DNA of 64,000 nucleotides from Leptonemataceae bacterium (GTDB lineage Bacteria; Spirochaetota; Leptospiria; Leptospirales; Leptonemataceae): NCBI GenBank assembly GCA_965227295.1, contig OZ245742.1, positions 2,080,001 to 2,144,000 of the forward strand, read 5' to 3'. Shown piece by piece: positions 10,708 to 19,847 of this stretch (position 1 is its first letter; each line of letters starts with the position of its first letter). The notes under the pieces were generated by a model. It saw only the letters and a program-made list of their open reading frames with translations, ran no database searches and was not told where the DNA came from. The position numbers and the translations under genes were made by a program.

Positions 10708-11050
10708 TCGTTCCCCTCCCCGGGGCCTGGATATGGACGATTCGTCTGAGTAGTTGTACGCCAGGAGTCCAGTCCACGCTCACGACGTAGCATGTTTTCC
10801 GTAATGGCTCCCGGTAGATCTATGTAATATTCAGTGCCTTCTTCATCTAGCTTAAAGACGCGGAAGGGATATCCTATTGTTGCAATCTCTTCTTCAATTC
10901 CGAATGCCATTCTAAAAGTCCCATTCGGACGCCGATGTTCAAAGGCCCGTATCTCCTCCAGGGGCAGATTCATGCCACTGAGAGTCCTCTGAATATGAAT
11001 CAACTCATGCGCGAGGATAAACTCTTCGGGGTTCTGTGTCTCGATAAACT
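10704..11050 (-). pseudogene. Orphan zinc metallopeptidase toxin C-terminus (M91/NleD-like)
   Basis: Extending the 10704-11003 ORF upstream in frame gives ILAHELIH; downstream EEEIATIG and ITENMLRRERGL match the M91-type pattern; no proper start. Confidence 0.7.
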
Positions 11051-11800
11051 CCCCGCGCTCGAGTTCAACACGGCCTCTTTGAGTTGTTCCGCTTCGTTGG
11101 CGATACGAAGCCCCGGCGATAAATCCAGGTTAGGTGTGCGTGTGGGTGGAAGCGTGCCCGATTCACACGTCAGCGCGGCGGTTACGAGCTGCGCACCGGC
11201 CGCACACGTGGCCGCGCTGGATTTCATCGGCGGCGATCGAGAACGCGACGATGCCCGACGGGCAGGCCTCGGAGACCGTGCGTGTGAGACTGACGCGAGC
11301 CGCGCGAGCCACCGCGGCGGCCGGCGCCGTTAATGCTGCGCGCATCAAACTTAGGGGATGAATGCGTCCTTTGCCGTTCGTTAACAGGTCCGGTTGCTTG
11401 CGATAGGTGTGCTCGATCGTATTGTGATCGATGTGCCCGTGCGCCGCGAAAACGCGCGTGCGCCACGGATCGAAGTGGAAGACGTTCGCATCTTGCGCGG
11501 CCATTCGAAAGACGGCGAGCGCCGCGCGGGTATACAAGCCGTGCTGATGATCTCGTTCGTCGCGCTGCAGCCACGAGGACCAGGCCGTGTCTTCCGGGAT
11601 CTCCGCGCCGATTTTCGTAGGATGCGCATCCGGGCGAATGCGCCGTTGCAGGGTTTGAATCCCGGTCTCGCCGGCCAGCAGTCGTTCAAAGAACGGTCCC
11701 GCACCTGGCCCGATGCCGAGGGAAGACAATCCGGCGAGGCCCGTCACGGCGGCGCGATGGCTTCGAACCTGATTGGCCGTGGAATCGGCGGGATACATGG
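11050..11800 (-). pseudogene. Internally deleted beta-ketoacyl synthase (FabF-like) remnant
   Basis: N-half AVTGLAGLSSLG..AGETGI..KIGAEI..TVSEACPSG; a second frame gives C-terminal AAGAQLV..GTLPPT..AVLNS; middle missing. Confidence 0.65.
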
Positions 11801-12306
11801 GCACAGGCCGCGCTAAGATTAGTGCAAGTGCGACTAATTTTAGTACACGCCCGGTTTGGCGAGTTGTCGCTATTTTGTAAAGCGCGATGGGCACGGATGT
11901 GGCTGGCGAATGATAGAGGTGCCGGTGTTTTCGAGGGCCGGGCGGTGGCCGCACGGCGGGTTTTTTCCGGGTTCGTCCGGTGTATGCAGGCGGCGGGACT
12001 AGTTCGCGGTCAATGGCAATTAGGGGCGGAGTACGCTAAATGCCTACGAATTTTTGCTAATATGGCGTGTCCTGTGAATGGGGGACGAGGAGCGGGCAGC
12101 CGAGGCTTGGCCAAGAGCTTCCACATTGCTGTGCGGCCGCTATGTCTCGGGAAAATCCCGGAGCGGCTTCCGTGGGCGCTTCCGAAGGAATATTCGACAA
12201 CGCGGCTTCCAGTTTCTGCGTGCTCTTTATTTTTTTCGTTGCGGACCGATACACACAGTGGAATTTGAATCTTTGGCTGTGGTTATCCGAATTTCGGATA
12301 AGAGCC

Positions 12307-12316
12307 GTTAGGCGTC
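12307..12316 (+). other. Integron-type core recombination site (GTTAGGCGTC) opening cassette 1
   Basis: Exact reverse complement of GACGCCTAAC at 14093-14102; preceded by perfect palindrome TTATCCGAA-T-TTCGGATAA (12283-12301). Confidence 0.8.
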
Positions 12317-12341
12317 ATTGCCTAGTCTTTCCTTTTACAGT

Positions 12342-14075
12342 ATGACACTAAAATCTACCGACATTGAACCCTTCTATCAAGTCATTGTTTTCGTTGCGGA
12401 CGGAAATCCTATTAAGGAAATGCTAGAATGTCTTGATCGTGGAATGCAGGAGTTGGCCCAAAAAAGTGGTCATCTCATTAATTATAAAGTCATAACAGAT
12501 ACAAAAGATCTAAAAATACGACAGTATACTCACAAATATTTTCCAACTTGGTTAAAGAATGCCCCGGCCCTGTCTCCTGGGGAGACCGCAAAAGAACTGG
12601 AAAATAAAGATAATGCAATTTTCATACTGTACAAATCAAAGAAGTATATATTCATGCATGTTTCCAGCGAATATATAGAGAGGCATGCTTTCGACTATAT
12701 CAGAAAGGAAACCAAATCATATAGACCAATTGACCTTGCAAAACTATACGCATTCACACGCGGCAACGGATTGGACTTCAGAACTTTGGGGCTTACAAAT
12801 GTATACAATGCCGGTGGCACGGCACCAGAAGCAAAAACATTCTATGGCAGAAATACTGAGTACTCCCTGTCTGTTTCGAGCGATGCAGGATACAGTTTCA
12901 ATTATGGGCTCGGTTCACGGAAACGTGCTGGCAAGAAGAATCCCTTCGGCGTATCGACTAAGAAGCGGAAGATTTGGGGGAGTTGGACAAAAGGTGTAAA
13001 AGATTTTCAAACGCTATGCAAAGCCTTAGTTAAGGAACTCGATAAAACCGTGAAAAGCAAGAAATTTGAAGTGCTCTGCACTCCAATAGAGGTAGAGACA
13101 ACCAAGAAGTTGAAGTTATTCCATTGTTATATTGACTACGTTGACCCGAAAAAGGGCATGCGCTTATTAAAATTTCCCGGTACTAGTGAGTATACTTTGG
13201 ATTGGAATTGCGCTCTGGATGAAGAACACAATGATCAAATTGTTATAAATCATGAGAATTCCGGCAACTCAGTTCAAATCAACCTTAAAAGGACAGATTC
13301 TCTAGGTTGGGAATTCAGTTACTCTTCGACTTCGAAAACTCTGCAATATTTAGTGGCGGAGGAGGGCGCAAGCTTGGCGGGCCGGCGGGGTACTGATTTT
13401 CTGAATCTGTTAAACAAGCAGGAAGATTTTACTTTACTATTTGAAAAAGGAATCGCTTACCGGAACGAAGTTTACTGGAAAGATAATAGATTCACGCAAC
13501 CATTTCTTCTGTCTGAACTGCTTATTGACTGGGCCAAAACTAATATTCAGAAGGAATCCAGTAATTCAGCAATAGCAGGGGAGTCCATTTCGGAAACCGT
13601 GGTGACATATCTTAAATCTCTCAAGGGCACGAATAAACCAATCTTTATTATTGATGACGACGGAGCTAATGAAGTATCCGATCTAGTTGTTATTACGGCT
13701 GTAAAAAAAATCCTGATACACCTTAAGTTTAGCGCATCTAGTGCTCCGGGGCTGCGAATTAACGATTTACAAGTTGTATGCTCTCAAGCTCTCAAGAACC
13801 TGCGTTTCTTCAATCCAATACTTATTTCGAGTCGAATTGATCGGCTAAAAAACAAAGTGAAATTCCCCCTTGCAATTCCTCCCACTATAGCAGTCGATCT
13901 TGAGAGCCATTTCGGGAATATCCATGCCAGGAATGAGTGTTGGATAGTTCAACCAGGTATTTCCAAAAAAAAATTAGAGAAGGATAAGTCCAATAAAGCA
14001 CATATGCTATTGAACTATCTTCATGGTATTTGCCTCAGTAATAATATAGATTTTAAATTCATATGTTCGCCTTAG
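12342..14075 (+). CDS. Cassette gene: protein with C-terminal PD-(D/E)XK-like nuclease motif, candidate defence protein
   Basis: AT-rich; DDDGANEVSDLV..LIHLKFS..VCSQALKN; bounded by cassette core sites. Confidence 0.65.
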   Translation: MTLKSTDIEPFYQVIVFVADGNPIKEMLECLDRGMQELAQKSGHLINYKVITDTKDLKIRQYTHKYFPTWLKNAPALSPGETAKELENKDNAIFILYKSKKYIFMHVSSEYIERHAFDYIRKETKSYRPIDLAKLYAFTRGNGLDFRTLGLTNVYNAGGTAPEAKTFYGRNTEYSLSVSSDAGYSFNYGLGSRKRAGKKNPFGVSTKKRKIWGSWTKGVKDFQTLCKALVKELDKTVKSKKFEVLCTPIEVETTKKLKLFHCYIDYVDPKKGMRLLKFPGTSEYTLDWNCALDEEHNDQIVINHENSGNSVQINLKRTDSLGWEFSYSSTSKTLQYLVAEEGASLAGRRGTDFLNLLNKQEDFTLLFEKGIAYRNEVYWKDNRFTQPFLLSELLIDWAKTNIQKESSNSAIAGESISETVVTYLKSLKGTNKPIFIIDDDGANEVSDLVVITAVKKILIHLKFSASSAPGLRINDLQVVCSQALKNLRFFNPILISSRIDRLKNKVKFPLAIPPTIAVDLESHFGNIHARNECWIVQPGISKKKLEKDKSNKAHMLLNYLHGICLSNNIDFKFICSP

Positions 14076-14095
14076 CTTAATGCGCAGGCAACGAC

Positions 14096-14319
14096 GCCTA
14101 ACGGCGGATATGCGCTGCGCGCCGCTCTGCCACGCTTCGCGCCGCTCGGGTTTGGGCCTCTCGCGAAGGCGCGCGTCACAAAATTTTGGTTGAGAGTGTA
14201 GTTCCGCGCGCCATCGCTCGCGCGGACTCGGCGCGGGGGGAAAAATGAAATGCGCCTCGCCGCGCCGGCCCTTCACCACATTGCGGAACGGATCGTCGCA
14301 TATCCGCGGTACGTTAAGA
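14096..14319 (+). mobile_element. attC site 1 (long, about 224 bp)
   Basis: R'' GCCTAAC 14096-14102, GCGGATATGCG 14104-14114 pairs with CGCATATCCGC 14297-14307, R' GTTAAGA 14313-14319. Confidence 0.85.
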
Positions 14320-14336
14320 GCCATTCCGCCGAACTT

Positions 14337-15863
14337 ATGAGAACAATAGATATTACTGCCGACGATTTATTTGGAAATCTCATGGCACAGCATGAGGATG
14401 AGGAAATATTTAATTCCTACGTCTACGAGCGGGAAGATCTTAAAGCCTTCTGGGACCCGAAGAAGAGAATCCTAATAGTAAGTGCAATAAAGGGCACAGG
14501 CAAAAGCTCCCTATGCCGAATTACAAAAGAGAAAATTAAGAAAGCTCACCCTGATCATATTCTTCTCCTCAAATACGACTCAGAAATAAGCCCAGATTTA
14601 GACACTGAAGATATAACTGAGTGGGTTAAGTCTTGGAAGCAAAACATACTCCAATCTGTGGCTTCTGAACTCGGGCGCAGAATTGGATTCGCGTGGACAG
14701 ATGATGCAATAACCCTCGTTGAAGAGGCTCGAAAGGGCGGATATCGGGAGCATTCACTACTGGGTGCCATTCTGGACCGAATAAGGTCCTCAAAATTATA
14801 TGTCGAGTCCCCCAAGCGAAAAATCAGCGAAGATTTCTTAAATCGAGTCACATCAAAAAATAATAGAGTCTGGTTGATATTGGATGAAGTAGATCAACAC
14901 TTTGACAGCACAACCAAGCAAAAGTCCAAATTGACCGCTTTTTTTATCGCATGCTCCGAGTTATCCCTTAGTATTCCGGAGATCATATTCCGGCTAACAG
15001 TTCGACCGAATGTATGGTCAATCCTCGCAGCATCTCAAGCCTCTCTCTCCGGCCTGCGGCAGTATATCAAAAAGCTCAGCTGGGACTATGACCAGATCAG
15101 AAAACTTCTGGCACTGAGGGTTCAGGCTTATCTTAAGCGTACGGGACAGACAATACCAGAAACGGATATAGACCAAGTCGATGACCAAGAATGGTTCTTG
15201 ATGCAAGTATTCACCGGCAACTTTGATCTAGGGTCCGGATCTCGCTCTCCAGGTGTCGTACTAGCAACCTTATCTGCGCGCCGACCGAGATGGCTAATGG
15301 AGCTATGCAAGGCATCCGCAACAGAAGCCGCAAATCAACAGCATGATTCAATCAGTTACGAGACTGTAGAAGCGGCCATGCGCTCATTTGGATTTGATAG
15401 GATGCAAGATCTCGCAAGCGAATACAAGGCACAATCAGAACAAATCCTCGAAATCATAACAGCATTTACAGGTGAATCCCCTATTTACAACGAATCACAT
15501 AATCTCCTTCAATTCATAAGGGATCCTATACTAACTCAGGTAGACATCCAAATTTCTGACCGGAGCGGGGAAGTAACCGCCGCGGACGTCGCTAACCTTC
15601 TGTACATGATCGGCTTTATACATGCCCGAAAACAGGAGGACGATGGCAGCTATATCCACCTTCAATATCAAGACCGACAAGACTTGTTCAAAAATGAGAA
15701 GCGAGCGGATGATGATTCAGTATTTTCTTGGGAAATTCATCCTATGTTTCGCAATGCACTTTTTTCGAAAAGGGAAACAACACCCGGAAGCCGAAAGAAG
15801 AGACAGAAAAAGGGAAAGATAGGTAAAAGAGGCCGTAAATCTCGACGGCGAAACGGCTCTTAA
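14337..15863 (+). CDS. Cassette gene: P-loop ATPase, Sll1717-like family
   Basis: LFGNLMAQHED start motif, Walker A AIKGTGKS, Walker B LILDEVD, RPRWL; AT-rich; stop lies in the attC inverse core. Confidence 0.8.
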   Translation: MRTIDITADDLFGNLMAQHEDEEIFNSYVYEREDLKAFWDPKKRILIVSAIKGTGKSSLCRITKEKIKKAHPDHILLLKYDSEISPDLDTEDITEWVKSWKQNILQSVASELGRRIGFAWTDDAITLVEEARKGGYREHSLLGAILDRIRSSKLYVESPKRKISEDFLNRVTSKNNRVWLILDEVDQHFDSTTKQKSKLTAFFIACSELSLSIPEIIFRLTVRPNVWSILAASQASLSGLRQYIKKLSWDYDQIRKLLALRVQAYLKRTGQTIPETDIDQVDDQEWFLMQVFTGNFDLGSGSRSPGVVLATLSARRPRWLMELCKASATEAANQQHDSISYETVEAAMRSFGFDRMQDLASEYKAQSEQILEIITAFTGESPIYNESHNLLQFIRDPILTQVDIQISDRSGEVTAADVANLLYMIGFIHARKQEDDGSYIHLQYQDRQDLFKNEKRADDDSVFSWEIHPMFRNALFSKRETTPGSRKKRQKKGKIGKRGRKSRRRNGS

Positions 15864-15950
15864 CTTTCATGTTACTCGCAGCGCTTCGGCTACGCTTGGG
15901 TAGTGTGCTCAAAGATCGCTCGCCAGCGTCGTGTAACATTGGCGTTAAAC
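15858..15950 (+). mobile_element. attC site 2 (about 93 bp)
   Basis: GGCTCTTAAC 15855-15864 is the reverse complement of cassette start GTTAAGAGCC 14313-14322; ATGTTAC 15869-75 pairs with GTAACAT 15933-39; R' GTTAAAC 15944-50. Confidence 0.85.
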
Positions 15951-16181
15951 GACATGCGAGCGCTGGATTGCTTAGTTTGAATGCGGACGTTCCGTATTCG
16001 GTAGCGATCGATCCAATCGGCGATCACCGGGAATGTACTTTCATCAGGCAGCTTAGCATCATTTTTCTGAATATTTGGTGCCGAATGTCTGTTGACCCGG
16101 TACTCCACCGAGTCGAATCTTTCCAGGCTGGCCTGTTCAGTAATAGAGAAGGCTGGCCCCGTACTTCTACAGTCCTTGGTT

Positions 16182-16904
16182 ATGCACGCGTCTCATCGTC
16201 TGCCGGTCATCCTGTCCTGCGCGGTTCTCGCCGTGGCGCTCGCCGGCACGCCCCTCGGAAGCCAGGCTGCACCCCCGCCGGATCGGCCGGAAATCGCGGC
16301 CCGCGTTCGGGTCTTTAATGATCTTGTAGTGAAAGGGTTTTCCGACGCCGCCGTCGAGTTCGCGGCGATCGGATACCTGCCGCGCGAAGCGGTCCAGATG
16401 GGTCCCGACGGTGTGCGACCGATCGCCGCCGGAATGATCGGCCGCATCGAGGCGTTGCATCCGTGGAAGCCCTGGGGCCGGCACACACCGAAGGCCACGC
16501 CGGACAATCGTGCTGTAACGGAGAACCCCGCTTTGTTGCGCGGTTACGTTCACACCTACAATAAGTTCATCAACGCCGGCGATGACTACGCTGCTGTGGT
16601 AATGGCACGCCGATATTTTCCGCGGTGGTTGTATGCGGCTTCCGTCGATGACTTTGAACGGCCGCGCGCGGTGGATAAGCTCGACGTGCAGGAGCGCAAA
16701 GACGGGCGCGGTTATGATGTAACGTTAATTTTCAGTCCGCGGCGTGACCCGTTGAAGATCGGCTACAATCCCGGGCCGATTGTTCCGGAGGAGGATGTCG
16801 AGGTCCATCTCACTCCGGAGGAAAAGGCAAAGAAACGCCAGCTTGAGGCGTTGGGCGCTCCGTTCTCGGAGCTCGAACCGGACAGCGCGGAAGGAACTGG
16901 ATGA
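16182..16904 (+). CDS. Exported hypothetical protein
   Basis: Signal peptide (LPVILSCAVLAVALAG..SQA); host-like codon usage. Confidence 0.6.
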   Translation: MHASHRLPVILSCAVLAVALAGTPLGSQAAPPPDRPEIAARVRVFNDLVVKGFSDAAVEFAAIGYLPREAVQMGPDGVRPIAAGMIGRIEALHPWKPWGRHTPKATPDNRAVTENPALLRGYVHTYNKFINAGDDYAAVVMARRYFPRWLYAASVDDFERPRAVDKLDVQERKDGRGYDVTLIFSPRRDPLKIGYNPGPIVPEEDVEVHLTPEEKAKKRQLEALGAPFSELEPDSAEGTG

Positions 16905-16980
16905 GCCCGTTAAGGTTTACAATCTCAAGGTCGAGCCGCATGCGAACTACTTCGTCGGCGTCGGTGACGAGGCGATCATT
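16898..16980 (+). pseudogene. Remnant of a polymorphic-toxin HINT domain C-terminus
   Basis: LDEPVKVYNLKVEPHANYFVG matches the VYNLxV..H.YFV pattern; terminal HN absent. Confidence 0.7.
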
Positions 16981-17342
16981 GGAAGGACATCCGCGAGTTC
17001 GAGAAATACTACCGGCCGGACGGTAACTATACATTGCGTGATGTTAATCCACGATTCTATACGAAGGACGGGACCATCTTCCATGAGCGCCTGCACCAGC
17101 AGCAGATGGACCGGGAGATTGAGAACGTGGAGCCGTACATCGAACGTAACATCGGCAAGATCAGCGCGAAGACTCCGCAACAGGCAATGCGGCAGGCGAC
17201 CTGGGCTCTGGAAGATTACAGAAAACAGATCAACACCAACATGCAGGCGCCGGCCGCTCACAAGTCCATCTACTTGCAGGAGTGGCACTTCTATCACCGC
17301 CAGTATGAGCAATACCTGAAATCCCGGGGGGCGGGGAAATGA
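16980..17342 (+). pseudogene. Orphan toxin C-terminal domain with HExxH (HERLH)
   Basis: Frame open from 16968; TIFHERLH; directly follows HINT remnant out of frame; stop overlaps next gene (ATGA). Confidence 0.55.
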
Positions 17343-17875
17343 GCTGGATGCGTTTCTTGTGCGTCGGCGCGTTTGTTCTGCCCGTGTTCTGTTGCGGCCC
17401 GACGCCGCCGGGCGCGGAGAGTCAGTACTACGACCCCGGCGAGGCGCCCGAAAGTCCGATCTTCGTAGAGCTGGCATTCCTCCGCTATCATGACTACGCC
17501 TTCGAGGGTGAGTCGTTCCCGGCGCTGCTGAAATTCGAGAACCGTAGCGATCAAAAGCAGACGCTCTCGCCGCTGGTGAATGTGGGGTTATCGCTTTTTA
17601 CCGCCGGCCACAAGTATCAGTTCGAAGAAAGTTTGTTTCGCTATGACGAAGACATGCTCGCAATCGCGGATCCACCGGAAGTCCTGGAGCCCGGCGAATC
17701 GTGGCAACTGAGATTGGACGTGCAACGTTGGATTGCGTCCGTCCCCGCGAAAGAGGCGCCGCCTGCGGGGGATGTGGAGTATTTTATGAGTCTGTCTTTT
17801 GCGATGGGGCGGTTGTTGTCCGAGGAGCAGCTGACCGTTTGGACGGAGACTCGGCCGGTGGAGATTCGGAGGTGA
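17339..17875 (+). CDS. Lipoprotein, candidate immunity protein
   Basis: MSWMRFLCVGAFVLPVFCCG signal/lipobox; translationally coupled to toxin tail; VLEPGES motif. Confidence 0.6.
   Translation: MSWMRFLCVGAFVLPVFCCGPTPPGAESQYYDPGEAPESPIFVELAFLRYHDYAFEGESFPALLKFENRSDQKQTLSPLVNVGLSLFTAGHKYQFEESLFRYDEDMLAIADPPEVLEPGESWQLRLDVQRWIASVPAKEAPPAGDVEYFMSLSFAMGRLLSEEQLTVWTETRPVEIRR
17516..17648 (+). repeat. 133-bp direct repeat, copy 1 (copy 2 at 19848-19980)
   Basis: Identical apart from two substitutions (CTTTTTACC vs CTATATACC). Confidence 0.95.
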
Positions 17876-17915
17876 TTGGGGCGTGTTTACCAGATATGCG
17901 CAGTGCTTTGAGCCC

Positions 17916-18950
17916 CTACATGGCTGTCGTGTTATCTTTCAACTGAGAGGCCAAATCGCCGAGGGCAATGTATGTATGAAGGATCCCGAAACGAGCCTGG
18001 TCCAAACTGATAGAATCGTGCACTCCTTTGCAGAGCAAATCATGAATATGTTCGACGTATTCCACAACGAAGAGTAGATGCGATTCTTGAAGTCTTAACG
18101 ACGTACCTGAACGAACGACGTGATCAAACAGCGCGGATAGACGGTTGAGATATTTGTCCCCCGTTACCTTTAGCCTTTTTCCGGAGCGAGTGGTGTATTC
18201 TTCCTTGTCGGCGTAGTCGTCCAGAAACTTGGCAAAGAGACCGTCAGCGAGCTCTTGGAAAACGCGGCGGCACGTCGTTAGAGCTTGCGCCCAAGACTCC
18301 GGATTTCCGGACGGTAGGTTTTCGTATGCTGCAGCAAGTTTGTTCAAAGATTCGGGGGCGATCGACACAAATTTATGGTCAACAGAAATTCGGTACTCTT
18401 GAAAAAGTTCTTCGGACTTCTGTCCAAATTTGAGTTGGTGGGACACTTGCAGAGCGTATGAATGGTAGGCACCCCGAAGTATGGCGAGTTTTTGTTGGGC
18501 AGCGGTTATGACTTGCCGAGTGGTAGATGCTTCGACCGTTACGTTCCTTGAAAGGTTATTCAAGGCCAAGGCGGCATATTGACCTTCGACCGCGACGCCT
18601 TGAGTCGTAAGGCTACCGATTGAAGCATTTGCGGCGGCAATCGTTGCCTCAAGCTCGGACGCCAGTTCGGAGAAAATGTAGCGTTTAGTATCATCTTCCG
18701 TCGAACTCGGTCGCAGGCGTCCCCGAGCGTACCCAATATCGAAGGCTGATTGGAGGATTTTCTTTCCACCTTGGGCGCGTGGATATCCCGATATCTCGTA
18801 TTGCAGCCAGTCGATACCATCGACATCGTTCATCAGGCGGGCGAGGCGCATACACCGCAAGGCCGCACTAGCCGTGGAGAGGGTTTCTAATTCGAGACCC
18901 TCTAGAATTTGTTCTGATAGTACCGAGGCTTGAGTTAGACGATCTTCCAT
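17916..18950 (-). CDS. AbiTii-domain protein, candidate abortive-infection/defence
   Basis: ALRCMRLARL..WLQYEISGY N-terminal pattern; C-terminal WAQALTTCRR..YLNRL..KGVH; start at ATG 18950. Confidence 0.7.
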   Translation of the reverse strand: MEDRLTQASVLSEQILEGLELETLSTASAALRCMRLARLMNDVDGIDWLQYEISGYPRAQGGKKILQSAFDIGYARGRLRPSSTEDDTKRYIFSELASELEATIAAANASIGSLTTQGVAVEGQYAALALNNLSRNVTVEASTTRQVITAAQQKLAILRGAYHSYALQVSHQLKFGQKSEELFQEYRISVDHKFVSIAPESLNKLAAAYENLPSGNPESWAQALTTCRRVFQELADGLFAKFLDDYADKEEYTTRSGKRLKVTGDKYLNRLSALFDHVVRSGTSLRLQESHLLFVVEYVEHIHDLLCKGVHDSISLDQARFGILHTYIALGDLASQLKDNTTAM

Positions 18951-19154
18951 GGGTGTGTTCGGCGCAGAGTATTGCGCATAAAATCTATTCAACGAATTGC
19001 ATATGACTTTCGGACAACAAGAACTGAATAAATTATCGAATCGCATAATCAAGCCGAAATTTCTGAAATCTGCACCTCAAACGGGAGAACAGATCGAGGG
19101 CGGAACAGTTGCAGGAATCAGCAAAAGTATTGCTATTCTCGTGACATGGATTTT

Positions 19155-19204
19155 GAACAGGTGTGGGCGAAGACCCCCGCAGGGGTTTTCGCCCACACCT
19201 GTTC
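19155..19204. repeat. Long GC-rich hairpin (REP-like)
   Basis: GAACAGGTGTGGGCGAAGACCCC-CGCA-GGGGTTTTCGCCCACACCTGTTC, 23-bp stem with one G-T pair. Confidence 0.8.
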
Positions 19205-19407
19205 TGGAATTTCCGCACGCCCACCGATCGTTGCGAGATCCACGGGCATTGTTAAGACTTCTTTCGCCGCGTCCTTTAAGTTCGCCCCGCCGTGCTATTC
19301 TTTGTTCATCAGAAGCTAGCCACAAACACAATAAATAAACATGTTGTGAAAAAATGCTTGAGTTTAAACCGGCCCCACGCTAACATTCGCGCCAAGGAGG
19401 TTAGCAT

Positions 19408-19767
19408 ATGATTAGCATTGAAAAAATCATTGGTGCTCACGAAGGAATGGAAGCGCTCAAAGAGTTCGAGTCCATCCGCGTGGAGCACGAAGAATACCCG
19501 CTGCTCGTCATCGAGTTTCTGGGACCGGGTCCCACCGCTCGCCCCGCCATGGGCGTTTCGCAGTTCATCAAGCAAGCAAACGGCCGCTGGCTGTGCGCTC
19601 GCGAAATGCAGTTCGAAATCACGGTGGACAATGAGTGGTTCCCGTTCGCGCTCAGCAGTGAAACCACCGGTGAGCACAAGGAAGTCTACGAACCCGTCTT
19701 GCAGCGTTTTGGGTTTCTGGACTTGAATCGCATTTCGCTTATTGACACGCGAACGACTTTACCATGA
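19408..19767 (+). CDS. DUF6908-like small protein, probably 3'-truncated
   Basis: AAGGAGG RBS; IRVEHEEYPLLVIEFLG..EMQFEI resembles DUF6908 pattern from memory. Confidence 0.5.
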   Translation: MISIEKIIGAHEGMEALKEFESIRVEHEEYPLLVIEFLGPGPTARPAMGVSQFIKQANGRWLCAREMQFEITVDNEWFPFALSSETTGEHKEVYEPVLQRFGFLDLNRISLIDTRTTLP

Positions 19768-19847
19768 TCACCGTCAGTCTTCAGGGGGAAAGGTCAAACT
19801 TACGACCGGGCGAATCTTTCCAGCGCACCTTTTCTCTCGGTGATTTC

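Noticed and set aside
11954..12300. Integron integrase upstream of the cassettes
   Set aside because: No ORF with tyrosine-recombinase motifs; the space is too short
15944..16185. Complete third cassette starting GTTAAACGAC
   Set aside because: No matching GTCGTTTAAC inverse core or convincing ORF was found downstream; at most a truncated stub
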